DNA of 64,000 bases, taken from positions 124,001 through 188,000 of the forward strand of contig JAHLWZ010000004.1 in the NCBI GenBank assembly GCA_020536535.1, given 5' to 3'. Origin of the DNA: Pelomyxa schiedti (taxonomy: Eukaryota > Protista > Evosea). Below, in pieces: positions 60,270-64,000 of the stretch. Under the pieces are notes generated by a model. It did no database searches. It was not told the origin of the DNA and was given only the letters and a program-made list of their open reading frames with translations. The translations under genes were made by a program, and so were the position numbers. Position 1 is the first letter of the stretch. Every line of letters begins with the position of its first letter.

Positions 60270-63200
60270 CTATTGGGTAAAATCCCCTCTGTTGAAACAG
60301 GATTCATCATAAAGTTCAGCCGATATTTGCTTTCCTCCAAACCATCTCTTATCAAGTTTTGGGATTGCTTTCAGGGCAGCTGAAGTATTGATATTGGAAG
60401 ACATATTTAACGATTAGTGAGTCCAAAAAGTAGAGCAATTGCATGGAGTTGCTAACCTGCTACTTCCTCAAAACATACAAATAGTTTAACAACAATGTTG
60501 TTCTCACTCTTCTTGCCCAAATCCTGCTGGAATATAACAACGCGCTGCACTTTTCCAAACTTGGAGCATTCTTCTGTGACTTCAGATTCCAAGTCCTCAT
60601 CCACATCACTGGGTCCAACCATGTTCCGGAGAATTATCACACGTGATCCTTGCTGTGATGTAGTGGCTTGAGTCGGAGGGGAGAGGGTTGGTTGTTTTTG
60701 TTTTTGTTTTTGGGGGGGAAGAAGAATGGGAGCTGAACACAAGTCAGTGAGGCAGGGTGGAAGTGACAGTTGTTTTGTTTCACCAATACCTAATTATACA
60801 ATACAATTATTCACACAACAAGTTACCTTCTTTGGTTCCTCCCGGGCGAGTTTCTGCATCAACTGGAACCGTTGGGGCCCACTGATGGTAACATTTTCTT
60901 CGCGGCTCAGGGATTCTTCAACTCCTTTGCCTCCACGTTGTTGAAGGATTGATTGTATATTCTCAACAATATCTTGAACGTTGAGTGCTGCCGGCACTCC
61001 AGGGATGGTCGTGAGTGTAGGAGTGGGTAGATCTAACCCTACAAAACGCTTCAGTTGAATGCAAAATCTACTGGCAATACCTATAGTGGGGAGAGCCACA
61101 GATGACGTCGCTCTTCCAACCTTCAGTTGCCTTCCAGCCAGTTCAAATCCGTTCATCTTCTCTAATACGGGCTTAATAGAGAACACAAGAAGCGGTATTA
61201 CCAACCTATCGCAAGTTCAGCAGCTTGTGGTGTCTCAAAATCGATGAAACCATATCCCTTGTGCTTTCCAGTTTCTGGATTTGGCTAACATAAAGCTTCA
61301 GACCTGTATTTCTCCCACTGTACTTTATACTATCCCCACCCCTCCCTTTACACGTATTCTAAAGACAGTAAAAAGTAATCAAGGAGGCGGAAAATAAGTG
61401 CAGTGGGTGCTAACACATAGAAGTACTTAAGAGTGTGGAAAAAGCAACACAAATTAGGATGGGAAGGCAGAGAGGAGATAATCACCATTAACATGCAAGA
61501 TTTTATCTTTCCGAATGCTTGAAATACATATTTAACATCTTCCTCTGAAATGTCCCAGTGCAGAGAGCCAACGTAAATTCTGTTTGCTGGACCAAGAACT
61601 GTGCACGTGTTGAGGTGTAATTGGATCCCGGAGCAGTCTTACCAGATGTGATATTAGGTAATGTCGGCAATTTTGGTATCACAGGGGGCACAAATGGAGT
61701 TGTGAAAGGTGTAGTTATACCCGAAGTTAGTGGGCCTGGAAAAGCAGCAGTAAGAGGTGTTGGGGTTGCTGATATTTTGGTCACTACTCAGAAATAAGAA
61801 AAAGAAAAGCAACCACTTGGAAGAAGAGTCCCGAGAAGACTAGCATGAGGAGGACCCACTTTGATTGTCCTATCCAAAGATGAAATTTCAAAACTTCGAA
61901 AGTGTCCAGTGGTACCTGCCCCCCAGAGTGGCGTTATTCATATGCAGCAGTGCAGCATTAGCTGATTCAGGTGTGGTGTATTCTACAAAACAAAAACCCT
62001 TGGATTTTCCAGTTAACGGGTCCTAATTAAATCTGTTTGATGCAGTCCCAAAATGGAAAAAGTAAAGTACGAAGTGGGAGGAAAAAAAAAAGGAAATCAA
62101 AAAAGAAAAAAAAAAGAGCAAAAAAGTTCAAAACCAGATTCACGTGTAGGTGTTAATGATAATTTAATATTTATGATAGTGTTCGATGCAGTGTGAGGCT
62201 TCTTTTTGTTTTTAAAGGTAATACCTTGGAAATATTAACACTCTTAATCACACCAAAGGGAGAAAAAGCTGTCATAATTTCTTGCTCTGATAAATCAAAA
62301 TTGAGTGACCCCACATATATTCGGCAGGCCATGGCAGTATTACGAACTTGGGCTGCTGCAAGGGCAGCGGCTTGTACAGCCTGCTGTTGCATGAGGAGGT
62401 TTTTGTTGTTTTGCTAATACAAGTTAGTATTTCAGGTTTTATGCAAGAGGCACACCAATTGTAACTGGAGAGACAACTGAGGATTTACAGCAGCTGCCAT
62501 TGCCTGAAATAGGGGAGAAGGGGATATGAATGGAGGTGGGATTAGCCCTAATACACAATTAGATAAGCTGCTAAGTGCAAACTAGTACTTTCAGTAGGAG
62601 CAGTGTCCCAGCCACTTTTCCGGTGTCGTTTTGGAGGAGGAGTGGTTTCTGCTTCCACAGGGGGTGTGACTTGTGCACTAGAGGTGGGTGGTGTTGGATT
62701 TTGTGCTTGTGTTATAGGTTGTGGGGAGGATGGAGGGGGGTTTGTTGCTGACGCAGGTGTTGGTCTCTCTTTTTCTCTGTCACTGTCTCGTTTTTCTTTT
62801 GCCCTGTCCCTGTCCCTGTCTCTATCTCTATCTCTGTCCCTGTCTTCCCTGTCTCTCTTGTCGTGATGTCTCTCTCTGTCTTTGTAAGTCCTGTCCCTAT
62901 GGAGTTCTCTGTCACTATCTGTGTCACGGTCTCGACTGTAGGGCTGACAGTCACTGGAACTGTCACTCCCGCTGTGGCTGTAGCTTCGGGTTCTGTAGTC
63001 TCTATCCCTGTTTCTGTCACGATCCCTGTCTCTATCCCCAACCCGGCTGCCTCTGTCTCTGTCCCTGTCCCTATCCCTATCCCTATCCCTGTCTTTGTCC
63101 CTCTCCCTCCCTCGGCTTCTGCAGCGGTCCCCCCTCTCCCCCGCGGCCCTCTCGTTCTTGTGCCTGCGACTGCTGCCCTCCTCCCCATCCGGATCCTCGT

Positions 63201-63621
63201 CCTTGCCCTTTCCCTTGCCCCCGCGCACTCGCTTATTTTCCCTCTCCCTCCCGCTCCCGCTCTCTGTCTCGGTCCTGAGTGGCTTCTTGGCCCCGCTGCC
63301 GCTGCCGCTGCCGCGCCCCGACGACGAAGACGTGGGGGCTACTGCCTGGGCGCCACCAGCGTCCTCGGCGCTGGTGGAGCCGCTGGTGGTGCTGCAGGGC
63401 GACGAGGGGTCGCCGCCGGCGGGCCTGGCGGTGGTGGCCGACGAAGGAGAGCCGGGCGGGGCAGCGACGTCGGGCAGCGGGGGGTAGGGGCTCGAGATGG
63501 TGGAGGAGAGCGTGGGGGGCGGCCGCGGCTTCTGCGCCTCCGCGGTGCGGCTGCCGTCGCCGCTGTGTGGAGGCGCGTGCGACGGCGGCGATGCTGCGTC
63601 TGTGTTGCTGTTTGTCGTCAT
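60270..63621 (-). CDS. PUF60: Poly(U)-binding splicing factor PUF60/half-pint (2 RRM + UHM) with RD-repeat N-terminus
   Basis: [109 protein letters not shown]; (RD)n tract ~62780-63110; KSGWD ULM-like motif. Confidence 0.95.
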
Positions 63622-63783
63622 GTGTTTTCGGCACTGTCCGGCCCCAATTGTTTTGTTTTCGGAATCTTTCGTTTGTCGCAGGTCCAATCGGCACACTTTA
63701 TTTTTTCCCGGACTGCTGGCGCAAGCTTCTGGGCATTTCCCAAAACAATCGGCCATCAGAGTTCAACCGTTTGTGTAGTTGAA

Positions 63784-64000
63784 ATGGCCGCCATGTATCC
63801 GGGACCAGACCCGACTGTTGTGTCTCTGGTTGTCGTCCCCGTGGGCTACGCGCCCGTCGTCTCGTTGCCGTCTTCGCTCGCACCCTCGCTCCTGCCCCCT
63901 TCCTGCTACGCCACCACACCCACCGCCACCTCAGCCTCAGCCTCAGCCTCCGCCTCCTCCTACCCGCCGTCCCTCCTCGTGGCTCCCCCGGCCATGCAGT
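63784..64000 (+). CDS. 5' end of an unidentified gene (Pro/Ser/Ala-rich N-terminus), runs off the right edge
   Basis: ATG GCC GCC ATG at 63784, open frame to the window end, GC-rich like other first exons, divergent from PUF60. Confidence 0.6.
   Translation, partial: MAAMYPGPDPTVVSLVVVPVGYAPVVSLPSSLAPSLLPPSCYATTPTATSASASASASSYPPSLLVAPPAMQ

Overview
This is eukaryotic protist DNA, not prokaryotic. It is very gene-dense: about 29 genes on both strands, most intergenic gaps 30-350 bp, many short GT-AG introns (mostly ~40-100 nt), and GC-rich low-complexity first exons. IFT52, INTS8, Crinkler-type and many bacterial-like genes, together with the sequence style, suggest a flagellated amoebozoan, possibly Archamoebae such as Pelomyxa (inference only). 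Gene spans were assembled by hand across introns, so internal exon boundaries are partly uncertain. Order: ZIP4/TEX11 (partial), INTS8, GCIP-like, IFT52, BK K+ channel, Crinkler-type NTPase-REase, DUF4855, CNOT3, ARF, Cof-HAD, small selenoprotein, CaMK, TLDc, bacterial-type beta-propeller, a gene-poor gap with a long inverted repeat, Cys/Met PLP lyase, PAN3, PPIL3, RCC1-Sec7-PH, PLD, GPI protein, C2 protein, F-box protein, DnaQ-like exonuclease, macrodomain, SAP protein, ependymin-like, PUF60, partial gene. The best finding is a 3-exon, 92-aa Rdx/SelW-like selenoprotein missed by the ORF track (27555-27987). It has an in-frame UGA in an unusual S-x-x-U motif and a type II SECIS at 28129-28193. 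Other notable items: a candidate GA-AG intron in the DUF4855 gene, a (CA)n-associated frameshift in the Crinkler gene, and a ~280-bp-arm inverted repeat abutting two divergent gene starts. No rRNA, tRNA or CRISPR array was recognised.
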